Positions 9,663 to 19,420 of a stretch of 64,000 nt of DNA are shown piece by piece (the first letter of the stretch is position 1; the number at the start of each line of letters is the position of its first letter). This stretch comes from Candidatus Latescibacterota bacterium. GTDB taxonomy: Bacteria; Krumholzibacteriota; Krumholzibacteriia; WVZY01; JAKEHA01. Under the pieces are notes generated by a model, which saw only the letters and a list, made by a program, of their open reading frames with translations, did no database searches and had not been told where the DNA came from. The stretch lies in assembly GCA_963707635.1 (NCBI GenBank), contig OY970173.1:864001-928000 (forward strand), read 5' to 3'. The translations under genes were made by a program, and so were the position numbers.

Positions 9663-10658
9663 ATGAAGAAACGTGTGTGCGTCGCGGTCGCCCTCACGGC
9701 GGCGGTGGCGCTCGGGCTCGGCGCCTGCTCGAAGAAGAAGGCGGAACGCGCGCAGGCGTTTCCGGACTCGCTGGTCGCGACGGAAGTCGTAGCCATCGTC
9801 AACGGTGACTCCATCTATGCAAAGGATCTGATCGTGCTGGCCTACACGACCACGCCGGCGAGCCAGGATTCGATGAAGAGCCGGTCGTTCAATCTCCTGC
9901 TGCTCGACCAGATGGTGGACCGCAAGCTGTTCGTCCAGGAAGCGCGGGCCGTGGGGACGACGCTTCCGGATTCCGTCATCGATCGCGTCATGGACCAATT
10001 CGTGGGGCAGTTCGGAGGCCCGGAGCGCACCGATCAGGAGCTCGCGAAGGTCGGGTTCACGCGCGCGGACGTGCGGGCGTCGATCCAGCGCGACCTGCTC
10101 ATTCGCGCCTACGTGCAGCAGAACCTCGAACCGACGGTGTCGGTCAACGAGGCGGACGTCCACGCGTATTTCGACCAGAACCCCACCATGTTCGCCGGGC
10201 GGGACAGCGTGCGCGTGCGGCACATCATCCTGCTCGTCAACAAGAGCGATACCGACGATCGCAAGCAGGAGCGCCGCGCGTTTCTCGAGAAGCTCCGCCA
10301 GCGCATTCTGAAGGGCGAGGAGTTCGCGCGGGTCGCGCAGAAGTACTCGGAGGACGGCTCCTCGACCCGGGGTGGAGATCTGGGGTACTTCGCCCGCGGG
10401 TCGATGGTGCCGGAGTTCGAGGACGCCGCGTTTGCGCTGAAGCGGGGCCAGATGAGCGACATCATCGAGACGCGCTTCGGGTATCATCTCATCAAGTGCG
10501 TGGATACGAAGAAGGCGGCGCCTGCGAACTACGACGCGTCGAAAGCAGAAATCGAAGCCATGCTCAAGAATAAGGCGCTGGGCACGGAGCTTCAAAACCG
10601 ATTGAAAAAGAACCGCGAGAACGCGATAATCACGCGCAACTACGACACGGGGGCTTAA
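9663..10658 (+). CDS. Parvulin-type peptidylprolyl isomerase lipoprotein (PrsA/SurA-like)
   Basis: Lipobox LGAC; VRHIIL, FARVAQKYSED, GGDLGYF, FEDAAF, TRFGYHLI. Confidence 0.9.
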   Translation: MKKRVCVAVALTAAVALGLGACSKKKAERAQAFPDSLVATEVVAIVNGDSIYAKDLIVLAYTTTPASQDSMKSRSFNLLLLDQMVDRKLFVQEARAVGTTLPDSVIDRVMDQFVGQFGGPERTDQELAKVGFTRADVRASIQRDLLIRAYVQQNLEPTVSVNEADVHAYFDQNPTMFAGRDSVRVRHIILLVNKSDTDDRKQERRAFLEKLRQRILKGEEFARVAQKYSEDGSSTRGGDLGYFARGSMVPEFEDAAFALKRGQMSDIIETRFGYHLIKCVDTKKAAPANYDASKAEIEAMLKNKALGTELQNRLKKNRENAIITRNYDTGA

Positions 10659-10723
10659 CTCAGCGGTAGAGTACTATCTTCACACGGTAGGAGTCACTGG
10701 TTCAAATCCAGTAGCCCCCACCA
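10649..10723 (+). tRNA. tRNA-Val (anticodon CAC)
   Basis: Acceptor GGGGGCT/AGCCCCC + A-CCA; D arm ACTC-AGCGGTA-GAGT; anticodon stem CTATC/GGTAG with loop TT-CAC-AC; T arm ACTGG-TTCAAAT-CCAGT. Confidence 0.96.
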
Positions 10724-10767
10724 TCCAGGCGGCCGCGATGCGCACGAGCGTCGCGGCCGCGGTGTTT

Positions 10768-13065
10768 TCATCCCCCCTGCGGGGGCGCCGGCTTGATGCT
10801 CAGTTTCTTGTCGATGTAACTCTGGAGCGTTCGCGCCCTCTGCAGCAGGGCCGGATCGCGTTCCTGCGCGAAGAGGAGCGTCAGGTACGGCCTGGCCGCG
10901 TCCGGCCGCTCGAGCTGCACTTCCAGATACGCTGCATAGTAGAGTGCGAGCGAATGGTCGGGCGCGTAGGCAAGCACGTCGGCCACCTGCGCGCGCGCCT
11001 CCTGGTAGCGGCCGAGGCTGATCAGCACGTCGGCGAGCGCCATGTGGGCGCGGGTGAATCTCGGCGCCTGTTTCACGCACCACGTCAGGCGCGTGCGAGC
11101 GACCTGTGAATCCCCGGCCGCACCCCGGTTCATCGCCTCCGCGCAGGTAATGATGAGATGGACCACGCGCTCGCGAAACTCGCCGAGGTTTCGTCCTGCC
11201 TGCTCGAAAAGATCTACTTGATAGAACAGCGGGTGGTCGGTCAGAAACACGGGCTCTGGCGCGGCGGTGACTTTGAACAGCCGGTAGTGGTCGTTCTCGT
11301 AGACGAGCGTGAAGTGGCGGATCGACGCGGGGTCGAAGTGCATCCGATACGCGACTGACGCGGGGTCGACCGACGCCACGCCCGCCAGGTAGCGCGGCGA
11401 ATACGGGCCCGCGTCCAGCAGGACGTCGATCGAGTACAACACGTAGTCGATGCGCAGGCGCCGGCACGTCTCGTAGAGCGCTTGCTCGTCGCCGCACAGG
11501 GCCCGCGTCAGGGCGACATGGCGTTCGCACGCGGCCCGCGACGTCGCCCCGGGGAGCTGCACGATGGTCCGCCCCGAAAACGCGAGCAGGAGCGCGGAGA
11601 GACCGTCGGGGGCGAGAACGGATTCGCTCACGGACGTCCGCGTGGCGACGAAGCGGATCAGCTCGCGGTCCGTGTTCTCCAGGCTCACCCACACGAAAGC
11701 ACCCGGATCGCGGTAGGCCACGCCGGCGGCCCGGGCGAGCTGAAACGTCGGGTCCGCGACCGAGCCGCGCAGCGCCACCGAGGAAAAGGCGACGAAGCCG
11801 CCGAGGGCCACGAGGACCGGGCGCATCCACGGGCCCGATTTCAGCGCGCGCACGCCGCCCGACGCGAAGGGAATCATGGCAATAGCCGCGACGGGAAGCG
11901 CGCTGCGGTCGATCGCCGCCGCGGCCGCCGCCGCGATCGCGGTCACACCCGCCGCGACGAACTGGGGACGGCGCGCGCGGCACGCCCGGCACAGCAGGGT
12001 GGCGCCGGCCAGCAGGCCGAGCGGCACGAACAGCTGGAGGGCCGGGTGTGGTGCGAGCGGCGCGTGGTCGAGCGACCACAGGGAGCGCATCCAGTCCGAG
12101 AGCGTGGTCGCGGACTCCGGACGGCCGAAGAGGAAACGCAACCGGGTGAAGACGTACGTGATCGCAGGGAATTGCTCCGGCGCGCCCGTGCGAAGCGGAG
12201 TCGCGAGCACGGCCAGCACCGCCGTGCCGACCAGCAGCAACGCCGCCGGACGCCAGGTGCCGCGCCGGCGTTCGGGCAGCGCCGCCACCGCGATAGAGGC
12301 CAGTGCCAGTGCCGTGGTCCAACCGGCGAGCGCACGCGTGGACACGAGGTGGGGGAAGAGAGCGCCCGCCGCGGCAAGCGCGACGGCGTGGGCGCCGACG
12401 AATACCACCCGGGCGCCGCGTTCGATTCGCGACAACGCCACCGGTACGATCCACGCGAGCAGCACAATCGAAGCCGGCTCCCACGCTGCGCACAGGCCGG
12501 CGGCGATGACCGCGGCGCCGAGCGCCCAGACGCGCGACCGGCTGGTCAGGGCGCGCAACGCGACGACGGCGTGCAGGCTGCCCACGAACATCGCGAAGAC
12601 GGAGTGGGAGAACACGCGACCGTTGGTGGCGCCGATCAGCGGAGCGAGGAAGGCGACCAGAAACGCGGCCGTCAATCCGGCCGCCTGGCAGTCCCACAGC
12701 CGGCGCGAGAGCGCGTACGCGGTGAACACACACAGCGCGGCGCACAAGGCAGTCAGCCGGCGCGTGAAGGGCCGCCCGTCGGTCTCGCCGAAAAACCTCG
12801 CCAGCCGGAACGCGTGGCCGGTCGTGATTTCGACACCGGAAGCGCGCACCCGGTCGGGGACGAAGCCGTCGGGGTGGGCGGCCTTCACGTCGCGCGCGGA
12901 CAGGGAGACGCCGTCCGCCACCTCCATCGCGTGACGGTAGTCCATTGCCGCCGTGCCCTTGAAATAGGGGGAGTCCAGCCGGTTCGTGCTGGCGTGGCGG
13001 GTCACGAGCGCCGCGAGCAGGAGGGCGAGCAGAGTGACGGAAACGACCGGTTTGGAAAGCGTCAT
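10768..13065 (-). CDS. Multi-pass membrane protein, probable GT-C fold (STT3/DPY19-like) glycosyltransferase, with C-terminal TPRs
   Basis: About a dozen hydrophobic segments, an N-terminal loop ending ...D...HPDG, a soluble domain (SVLAP...DYVLYS) and TPR-like helices at the C-terminus. Confidence 0.55.
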   Translation of the reverse strand: MTLSKPVVSVTLLALLLAALVTRHASTNRLDSPYFKGTAAMDYRHAMEVADGVSLSARDVKAAHPDGFVPDRVRASGVEITTGHAFRLARFFGETDGRPFTRRLTALCAALCVFTAYALSRRLWDCQAAGLTAAFLVAFLAPLIGATNGRVFSHSVFAMFVGSLHAVVALRALTSRSRVWALGAAVIAAGLCAAWEPASIVLLAWIVPVALSRIERGARVVFVGAHAVALAAAGALFPHLVSTRALAGWTTALALASIAVAALPERRRGTWRPAALLLVGTAVLAVLATPLRTGAPEQFPAITYVFTRLRFLFGRPESATTLSDWMRSLWSLDHAPLAPHPALQLFVPLGLLAGATLLCRACRARRPQFVAAGVTAIAAAAAAAIDRSALPVAAIAMIPFASGGVRALKSGPWMRPVLVALGGFVAFSSVALRGSVADPTFQLARAAGVAYRDPGAFVWVSLENTDRELIRFVATRTSVSESVLAPDGLSALLLAFSGRTIVQLPGATSRAACERHVALTRALCGDEQALYETCRRLRIDYVLYSIDVLLDAGPYSPRYLAGVASVDPASVAYRMHFDPASIRHFTLVYENDHYRLFKVTAAPEPVFLTDHPLFYQVDLFEQAGRNLGEFRERVVHLIITCAEAMNRGAAGDSQVARTRLTWCVKQAPRFTRAHMALADVLISLGRYQEARAQVADVLAYAPDHSLALYYAAYLEVQLERPDAARPYLTLLFAQERDPALLQRARTLQSYIDKKLSIKPAPPQGG

Positions 13066-13099
13066 TCGACCCGCGCCTGATTCGAACGTTGCGGGAGAA

Positions 13100-13867
13100 T
13101 CAATACCCGGTCGGCGCCGGAAGGAACACACCCGGCAGCCCGAAACGGCGTTGCACGTGACGATCGAGCGCCTTGAGCCCGACGGTTTCGGTGGCGTAGT
13201 GGCCGGCGAAGACCAGATTGATCCCGGCTTCCTTCGCCGGATGCACGGCGGCGTGCGCCGACTCGCCCGTCACCAGCACGTCGCAGCCGGCGCGTGCCGC
13301 CGCCTCTGCGAACATCGCGCCGCCGCCCGACACGATCGCCACGCGCTTGATGTTCGCCGGCCCGAACGCCAGCAGGTCCACCTTCACGCCGAGCGCGTTT
13401 TCAATAGAACCGACAAGCACGGCGCGCTTGAGCGCCCGCGGCGCGGTCGCGACCACGCCGATGTCGACGCCCTTGTAGTCGCCGAAGGTCGCCGTCACTT
13501 TCAACCCGAACAGGCGGGCGAGTTCCACATTGTTCCCGACTTCGCCATGACAGTCCAGGGGTAGGTGCGCGCAGTACAGGGAGACGTTGGTCTCGATCAG
13601 CGCCTTCACGCGCCGGTGCAACGTGCCGATGATCCGTTCGCGGCGTCCCCACCACAATCCGTGGTGAACGATGAGAAAGCCTGCACGCGCTCTTTTCGCC
13701 GCTGCGATGGTATCCACCGCCGCGTCGACGGCGTACGCGACGCGGCGTACGCGGTCGGCGCCCTGCACCTGCAGACCGTTCGGGGATGAGTCGTGGATGG
13801 CGGCGACGCGCAGATAGCGATCGAGATAGGCGACGAGTTCGTCGCGGAGAACGGGTTGCTTCACCAT
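13100..13867 (-). CDS. Nif3-like dinuclear metal center hexameric protein
   Basis: DSSPNGLQV, IVHHGL, HLPLDCH, GNN, AGHYATE motifs. Confidence 0.92.
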   Translation of the reverse strand: MVKQPVLRDELVAYLDRYLRVAAIHDSSPNGLQVQGADRVRRVAYAVDAAVDTIAAAKRARAGFLIVHHGLWWGRRERIIGTLHRRVKALIETNVSLYCAHLPLDCHGEVGNNVELARLFGLKVTATFGDYKGVDIGVVATAPRALKRAVLVGSIENALGVKVDLLAFGPANIKRVAIVSGGGAMFAEAAARAGCDVLVTGESAHAAVHPAKEAGINLVFAGHYATETVGLKALDRHVQRRFGLPGVFLPAPTGY

Positions 13868-13875
13868 CGCCGTCG

Positions 13876-16800
13876 CTATTTGAAGCGTTCGTAGCCGCGC
13901 AGGCGTGAGTACAGGGTGGGCTTGGTGATGCCGAGCAGGCCCGCGGCCTTGGTCTTGTTGTCGATGTGTACCGACATCTTGCTCGCGAGCAGGGTTTCGA
14001 TCTGCGGCATCAGCGGATTGGAATCGGAATAGGCGCCGCTCTCCACCATCTGCTGCGCGAGCTGTTCGAGCGACTCCCAGCGCTGGCGCCCGCCTCCCGC
14101 CGCGCGCTTCAGAAAATCGTCCGGAAGCGACGCCGGTTCGACGATGTCATCGTCGCACAGCAGCACGATCTGTTCGAGCACGTTTTGGAGCTCGCGCACG
14201 TTGCCGGGCCACTTGTACTTCTGGAACAGCTTGATGGTTTCGCTGGAGAGCCGCTTCAGCGCTTTGCCCTGCGCGTGGCAGCGCTTCTTGACGAACTCCT
14301 GGGCGATCAGGATCAGGTCCTCCTGGCGGTCGCGCAGCGGCGGGAGCTCGATCTGGATCACCTTGAGGCGGTAGTAGAGGTCTTCGCGGAAGCGACCCTC
14401 CTTCACCAGCCGCTCGAGGTCCTCGTTGCTGGCCGCGATGATGCGAACGTCGGTCGAGATCTTCTGCGTTCCGCCCAGGCGCGTGAAACTCTTGGTTTCC
14501 AGGTAGTGCAGGAGCTTCGACTGGGTGTCGAACGGCATCACGTTGACGTCGTCGAGGAACACGGTGCCGCCATCGGCGATCTCGCAGCGCCCCATCTTGC
14601 GCTGCACCGCCCCGGTAAATGCGCCGCGCTCGTGGCCGAACAACTCGCTTTCGAGCAGGCTGTGCGGAATCTCGGCGCAGTGGATCGACTGGAAGACGTG
14701 CCGCCGCCGCGGACTGTTGTAATGAACGGTCCGCGCCAGCTCGGTCTTACCCGTCCCGCTCTCGCCGAAGATGAGGATACCCGTGTCCATGTCCTTGATC
14801 TTGTCGATCATGCGAAACACCTTGCGCATCGACTCGTCGCGCCCGATCAGGCTCTGGAAGCGGTGGGGCTCCGCCGCGGGCGCACCCAGCTCGTCGAGCT
14901 CGCGCTCGAGGCTGCGCTCCTTGTGGGAGCGCTCGTCGAGGTGGATGCTCAAGCGCAGGTCGCCGGCGACGTGGCGCCCGATGCAGGAGATGAATGCGAT
15001 CTCTTCTTTCGACTCCGGCACCGCCGCGGCCGGCACGTGGAGGACGACGCAGCCGAGGTCGCGGCCCATCGATTTCATCGGGACGATCACGAGCCGGAGG
15101 TCGGGGTCGGCGGGAGGCGCGGTCCCCATGATATCCGTAATCTCCGGCGATCCGCCGTGGAGCACGGTGCCCAGCTGCAGCGCGCGGGTGAGCACCGCCT
15201 GCATGGTCGGGTCGGTAATCGGCTCCTCCTCACCCGTCGCGCTCACCCCGGCGAACCGTTCGTCGTCGGCGCGCAGCGCCAGTGTGCAGCGGGTCGCACC
15301 CGCGAGGTCCTTGAACACATGAATGATGCGCCGCACGAACGAGCCCTTGTCCTCGGCGTACTCCGAGAGGCTGGCGAGTTCGTAGAAGGCGTACAGGAGT
15401 TTCTGGGACTCGGTCCCCGACGCGCCCGACGGGAGCGGATTCTCGCGCAGGGTCTGCTGCAGGGCGACGATCTCCTGCGGAATCTCGTGGCCGATCTGCG
15501 ACTTGATCAGGTCCTGCGCCCGGTCCAGGTAGCGCTTGGCGTCGAGCGTCTTGCCCGAGCGAGCGTGCGCGAGCCCGGCCTTGGCGAGGCAGGCCGCCGC
15601 CATGCGGTTCTTCGAGAGGGTCGCGTAGAGGGTGGTGGCTTTCTCGAAATGATCGACCGATTCGTCGTGCAGGTCCTCCGCCGCGCGAAAGTCGCCCCAG
15701 ATTTCCTCCGTCTGCGCCTGCTCGTAGCGCGATCCGATCTGCTGCGCCAGCCGCGACGCCTCGCCGATGGCCGCGCGCGCGTCTTCGTGCCGACCCCGGC
15801 GGATGTAGAGCTTGGCCAGCCGCTTCTGCGCGCCCATCTCCTCGTTCACGGTCGCGAGCCGGTGCGCGTGCTCGAGCGCGCGCAGGTAGTGCTGCTCGGC
15901 CTCGTCGAGCTGGTCGCGGCTCAAGACGATGTCGCCGAGCGTGTTGTGGTTCTCCGCGACCAGCTGGGCCAGCCCGAGCCGCGAGCTGATGCGCAGACTC
16001 TCCTGACACTTGCGTTCCGCTTCGTCGGAGTTGTGCACCTCGAGATAGAGGCACGCCAGGTTGAGGAACCCGCCGGCGATGCCGGCCTCGTTGTTCTGGC
16101 GGCGCTTGAGGTCGATGCTGCGGTGGAGGTGGTCGAGGGCCTTGTCGTATTCGCCCTTCGCCTGGTAGGCGAGCGAGAGGTTGTTGTACGAACCCGCCAG
16201 CGCGTTCTGGTCTTCCTCGCGCTGGCGCAGGAACGCGCTCTGCTCGTAGTTCGAGATCGCCTCGTCGTAGCGGCTGGTGTTGAACGCGATCACGCCCAGC
16301 AGGTTCAACGCCTGCGCCACCACCAGCGGGTGCTCGTTGGGGTTGAGCGTGTTGACGGTGAACTTGCACGAATCGACGCAGCTCGAATAGTCGCCCAGCC
16401 GGTACTGGAGCCAGCCGATGTCGTTCAACAGACGGGCCTGTTCGGCGAGGCTCAAGTACGCAGCCACGTCCTCGCGGGTATCCTCGAGCAGCTCGAGCGC
16501 TTCGCGGATTCGGCCGCGCGCGGACCACGCGTCTGCGAGAAGCCGCGTGGCTTCGCAGGCGAGCGCTGCGTTCGCCCGCGCGTCGTCGCCGGTCGCGCGC
16601 AGGGAACGCGCGCGCGTGAGGATCGTCTCCGCCTCCGACTGGCGGCCGCGCGCGAGCAGGTCGTCGCCGAGCCGCACCAGCAACACCAGTTGCTCGCCGT
16701 AGGGGAGGTGACGGTACAACTCGTCCTCGACCACGTCCCGGAGCAGCCCGTCCAGGAACGGGGCGCGCTGCGGGCGCGTCGAATGCCCGACGAACGCGGC

Positions 16801-18321
16801 CGCGGCCGCGGCCGCGGCGTCGCCTTCCCCGGCGCACACGAGGTGTTCGTACACGAACATCGGGGGGAAGATGCCGCGTTCTTCGGCGATGCGGGCGACG
16901 GAACGGTGGAGATTGCGCCGCCGCGACTCCGGGATGTGTTCGCGCACGTGCCGTCGTAGCGTCGCGCCCGGCACGCGCAACGTGGTCAACGAATTACCCG
17001 ACGGCGGCAGCCGCCGTGTTTCGACCGCCAGGAGACCGGCGCCCGCCAGCGCGTGGATGTGGCGGTGCACGACGCGGTCGGCGCCGGGATATATCGAGAG
17101 GACCATGTCGAAGGGGAGCGGCACCCCGGCCACCGCCACCAGCTCCAGCAGCTGCCGGGCCTGCGGATCGAGAGCCTGGAGGTCGTCGAGCGAGCGCCCG
17201 GGAGCCGGCCCGAGGTCGATCCGGTGCACGCCCCGCGGCGAGCGGCTCTGAATCGCGTCCAGAAACGCGTCCGGCGCGCCGTCGGCCGTGGCAATGGCGA
17301 CGACGAGCCCCGTCCCGGGCCGCTTGTCGAGGTTCGCGATGTGTTCGAGCAGCGGGGCGTGGAGGAGGCGCCGCTCGTCGGCGTCGTCGACGAGCCACAC
17401 CGACGCCCGCGACGTCGCGTCGCGCGTCGTGCCCCGGCGCCGTGCCGGACCGGGCAGGTCCCATTCATCGAACCAGTGCGCGTCCACCCCGCCCGCGCGC
17501 AGGTGGTCGAGGATGGCGGCCAGCGCCGCCGTGCGACCGCTGCCGGCGGGCCCCGAGACCACGACCACCCGGGCGCCTTCGATCGCGGCCGCGGCGGCCG
17601 CCGCATCGATGGAGGGCGTCGCAGGTGTTGCTCGAGGCGTGTGCGGGCCCGGCGTGGCGGAGGCGAAGAGGAATTCAGCGGCCTCGGCGGTCGAGGCGAT
17701 GCGCGCAGCGGACACTTCCGTCGCGAGCGCGCGTATTCGCGCCGCCCGCGCGGCGGAGGCGCTCGCTGCGAGCGTTGTGGCCGTCGTCACGAAGCCTGCC
17801 ACGTGCACGGCTCGTCCCCACCGTGCCGAGCCGACGGGGTCGCTGGTGCGCACCGTGTCGGCCACATCGGGCGGGAACGAATAGGCGCCCGGAAGAATGA
17901 CGATCCGGCCGCACTCGTCGACGCCGAGCAGTTCCGGCGACAGACGCGTGGCGAAGAAGGCGTTCGCTTCCAGGGTATCGAGCGCGCCCGCGAGTGACTT
18001 CAGCGCGCTCTCGACGGCGGCTTCGGTGTGTATCGATGCGAGCGGTGCCGCGTAGGGAGTCAGGATCTCGAGGCGTCCTTCGTTGGCAATGACTTCGAGC
18101 GCCGGAAGACAGACGTCCGGTGCGATCGCGTGCGCCGCTTCGCAGCGGAACATGAACGCGCCCACGTCGGCCCGCACGACCGTCTCGATCGGGGCCCAGC
18201 TCACCAGGTAGCGCCGCTCGCTGATGGGGTCGACGTGACCGGTCATCCGCCAGGGCAAGGCCGGACGCACCTCCTCGAACGGCTCGAGGTTTCTCCGGAA
18301 TGCGCGGATCGAGGATTCCAT
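13876..18321 (-). CDS. Large sigma54-dependent activator (degenerate kinase-like/P-loop N-terminus, TPRs, GAF-like, AAA+, HTH)
   Basis: GESGTGKT, ESELFGHERGAFTGA, FREDLYYRL, WPGNVREL, C-terminal Fis-type HTH (NKTKAAGLLGITKPTLYSRL); central TPR array; N-terminal GPAGSGRT. Confidence 0.9.
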   Translation of the reverse strand: MESSIRAFRRNLEPFEEVRPALPWRMTGHVDPISERRYLVSWAPIETVVRADVGAFMFRCEAAHAIAPDVCLPALEVIANEGRLEILTPYAAPLASIHTEAAVESALKSLAGALDTLEANAFFATRLSPELLGVDECGRIVILPGAYSFPPDVADTVRTSDPVGSARWGRAVHVAGFVTTATTLAASASAARAARIRALATEVSAARIASTAEAAEFLFASATPGPHTPRATPATPSIDAAAAAAAIEGARVVVVSGPAGSGRTAALAAILDHLRAGGVDAHWFDEWDLPGPARRRGTTRDATSRASVWLVDDADERRLLHAPLLEHIANLDKRPGTGLVVAIATADGAPDAFLDAIQSRSPRGVHRIDLGPAPGRSLDDLQALDPQARQLLELVAVAGVPLPFDMVLSIYPGADRVVHRHIHALAGAGLLAVETRRLPPSGNSLTTLRVPGATLRRHVREHIPESRRRNLHRSVARIAEERGIFPPMFVYEHLVCAGEGDAAAAAAAAFVGHSTRPQRAPFLDGLLRDVVEDELYRHLPYGEQLVLLVRLGDDLLARGRQSEAETILTRARSLRATGDDARANAALACEATRLLADAWSARGRIREALELLEDTREDVAAYLSLAEQARLLNDIGWLQYRLGDYSSCVDSCKFTVNTLNPNEHPLVVAQALNLLGVIAFNTSRYDEAISNYEQSAFLRQREEDQNALAGSYNNLSLAYQAKGEYDKALDHLHRSIDLKRRQNNEAGIAGGFLNLACLYLEVHNSDEAERKCQESLRISSRLGLAQLVAENHNTLGDIVLSRDQLDEAEQHYLRALEHAHRLATVNEEMGAQKRLAKLYIRRGRHEDARAAIGEASRLAQQIGSRYEQAQTEEIWGDFRAAEDLHDESVDHFEKATTLYATLSKNRMAAACLAKAGLAHARSGKTLDAKRYLDRAQDLIKSQIGHEIPQEIVALQQTLRENPLPSGASGTESQKLLYAFYELASLSEYAEDKGSFVRRIIHVFKDLAGATRCTLALRADDERFAGVSATGEEEPITDPTMQAVLTRALQLGTVLHGGSPEITDIMGTAPPADPDLRLVIVPMKSMGRDLGCVVLHVPAAAVPESKEEIAFISCIGRHVAGDLRLSIHLDERSHKERSLERELDELGAPAAEPHRFQSLIGRDESMRKVFRMIDKIKDMDTGILIFGESGTGKTELARTVHYNSPRRRHVFQSIHCAEIPHSLLESELFGHERGAFTGAVQRKMGRCEIADGGTVFLDDVNVMPFDTQSKLLHYLETKSFTRLGGTQKISTDVRIIAASNEDLERLVKEGRFREDLYYRLKVIQIELPPLRDRQEDLILIAQEFVKKRCHAQGKALKRLSSETIKLFQKYKWPGNVRELQNVLEQIVLLCDDDIVEPASLPDDFLKRAAGGGRQRWESLEQLAQQMVESGAYSDSNPLMPQIETLLASKMSVHIDNKTKAAGLLGITKPTLYSRLRGYERFK

Positions 18322-18363
18322 TCACCACCCTCGTTCAGTAAGCGGTAGCAGGGGCCAGCAGTC

Positions 18364-18420
18364 ACCCGGACAATAATTATCCGGGTTAAATTATTTTACC
18401 ATAGCGGCGGGGAAAGGCAA
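18364..18420 (-). promoter_or_regulatory. Putative sigma70 promoter of the activator gene with adjacent palindrome
   Basis: Minus strand TTGCCT-16 bp-TAAAAT with extended TG; palindrome ACCCGGA-N9-TCCGGGT at 18364-18386. Confidence 0.5.
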
Positions 18421-18458
18421 GGGGGTAGGTCGCCAGCCGGGCCGGATTTGCGAAGATT

Positions 18459-18818
18459 CTAGGTGAAATACAGGATCCGCCCGCAGCTCTCGCAGGTCAT
18501 GACTGCGTTCTTTTCGTAGCGGAAAGAGGTCGGAACCTTGGCGAAGCACCCGGTGCACAGCTCGTTGACGACGGGGACGACGGTGCGGTCGTAGTTCTGC
18601 GAGACGCGCTGGTAGCGGTTCAGAAGCTGGGGTTTTACGTGTTCGGTGAGTTCGGCTCGCGCCTTCTTCAACTCCGAGAGACCGTCCTGGGGAAAGCCCA
18701 TCTCCTGCATTTTTGCCGAGTGGCCGCCGTCCTCCGCTTCCTTGATCATGTGGTCGAGATCCTGCAGCGCGACCAGCAACCGGGCCTGGTCCTGTTTCCT
18801 CGCCGGGTGTTCGCTCAC
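18459..18818 (-). CDS. C4-type zinc ribbon protein (short DUF164-like)
   Basis: Coiled-coil then CTGC...CESCGRILY. Confidence 0.82.
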   Translation of the reverse strand: MSEHPARKQDQARLLVALQDLDHMIKEAEDGGHSAKMQEMGFPQDGLSELKKARAELTEHVKPQLLNRYQRVSQNYDRTVVPVVNELCTGCFAKVPTSFRYEKNAVMTCESCGRILYFT

Positions 18819-19300
18819 AAGCCCTTCCCTTCGATGATGGTTTTCAATTCCGAAAAATTCGACGCCCTCGCCACCTGCTCGCGGGACGCGTCGTCCTTGA
18901 TGAGGTCCACGACACGGCCGAGGACCTGGAGATAGAGATTGTCGCGATCCTGCGGGGGCGCGATGATGAGGAAGAACACGTGCGTGGGTTTCTTGTCGAC
19001 CGAATCAAAGTCGATTCCGGCGACCGAGCGTCCGAAGACGATGGAAAGCTCGCGCACCGCGAGCGTGCGTCCGTGCGGGAACGCCACCCCTTTGCCGATG
19101 GCCGTGCTGCCGAGGCTCTCCCGGTTCAGGAGCATCTCCAGGATCAGGCCGCGATCCTTGATCTCCCGTTCGGAACAAACCGCTTCGACCATCTCGGCCA
19201 GCGCGTCACGTTTGGTGGCGGCCTTGAGATCGAAGATGCAGAGAGATTCCCGAAAGTACGAAGCGAGTTCCTGTGGAGTCATCACCAGTGTGGACGTCAT
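18815..19300 (-). CDS. PTS IIA-like protein (PtsN/fructose-type IIA)
   Basis: RESLGSTAIGKGVAFPHGR, GIDFDSVD; overlaps next gene by 4 bp. Confidence 0.9.
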   Translation of the reverse strand: MTSTLVMTPQELASYFRESLCIFDLKAATKRDALAEMVEAVCSEREIKDRGLILEMLLNRESLGSTAIGKGVAFPHGRTLAVRELSIVFGRSVAGIDFDSVDKKPTHVFFLIIAPPQDRDNLYLQVLGRVVDLIKDDASREQVARASNFSELKTIIEGKGL

Positions 19301-19420
19301 TGAGCCGCCGACGCGCGTGGCGGCCAACGTACAGGGTGGAAACTATCAGAATCGGGGAGTATCCTCAACCTCAATTTGCGGCAACTCCCGTCCGCGGTTC
19401 CAAACCGGCCCCGACCCGCC

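Noticed and set aside
10649..13065. tRNA-Val as an integration site for an island or prophage
   Set aside because: No integrase nearby and no duplicated tRNA 3' end noticed in the window.
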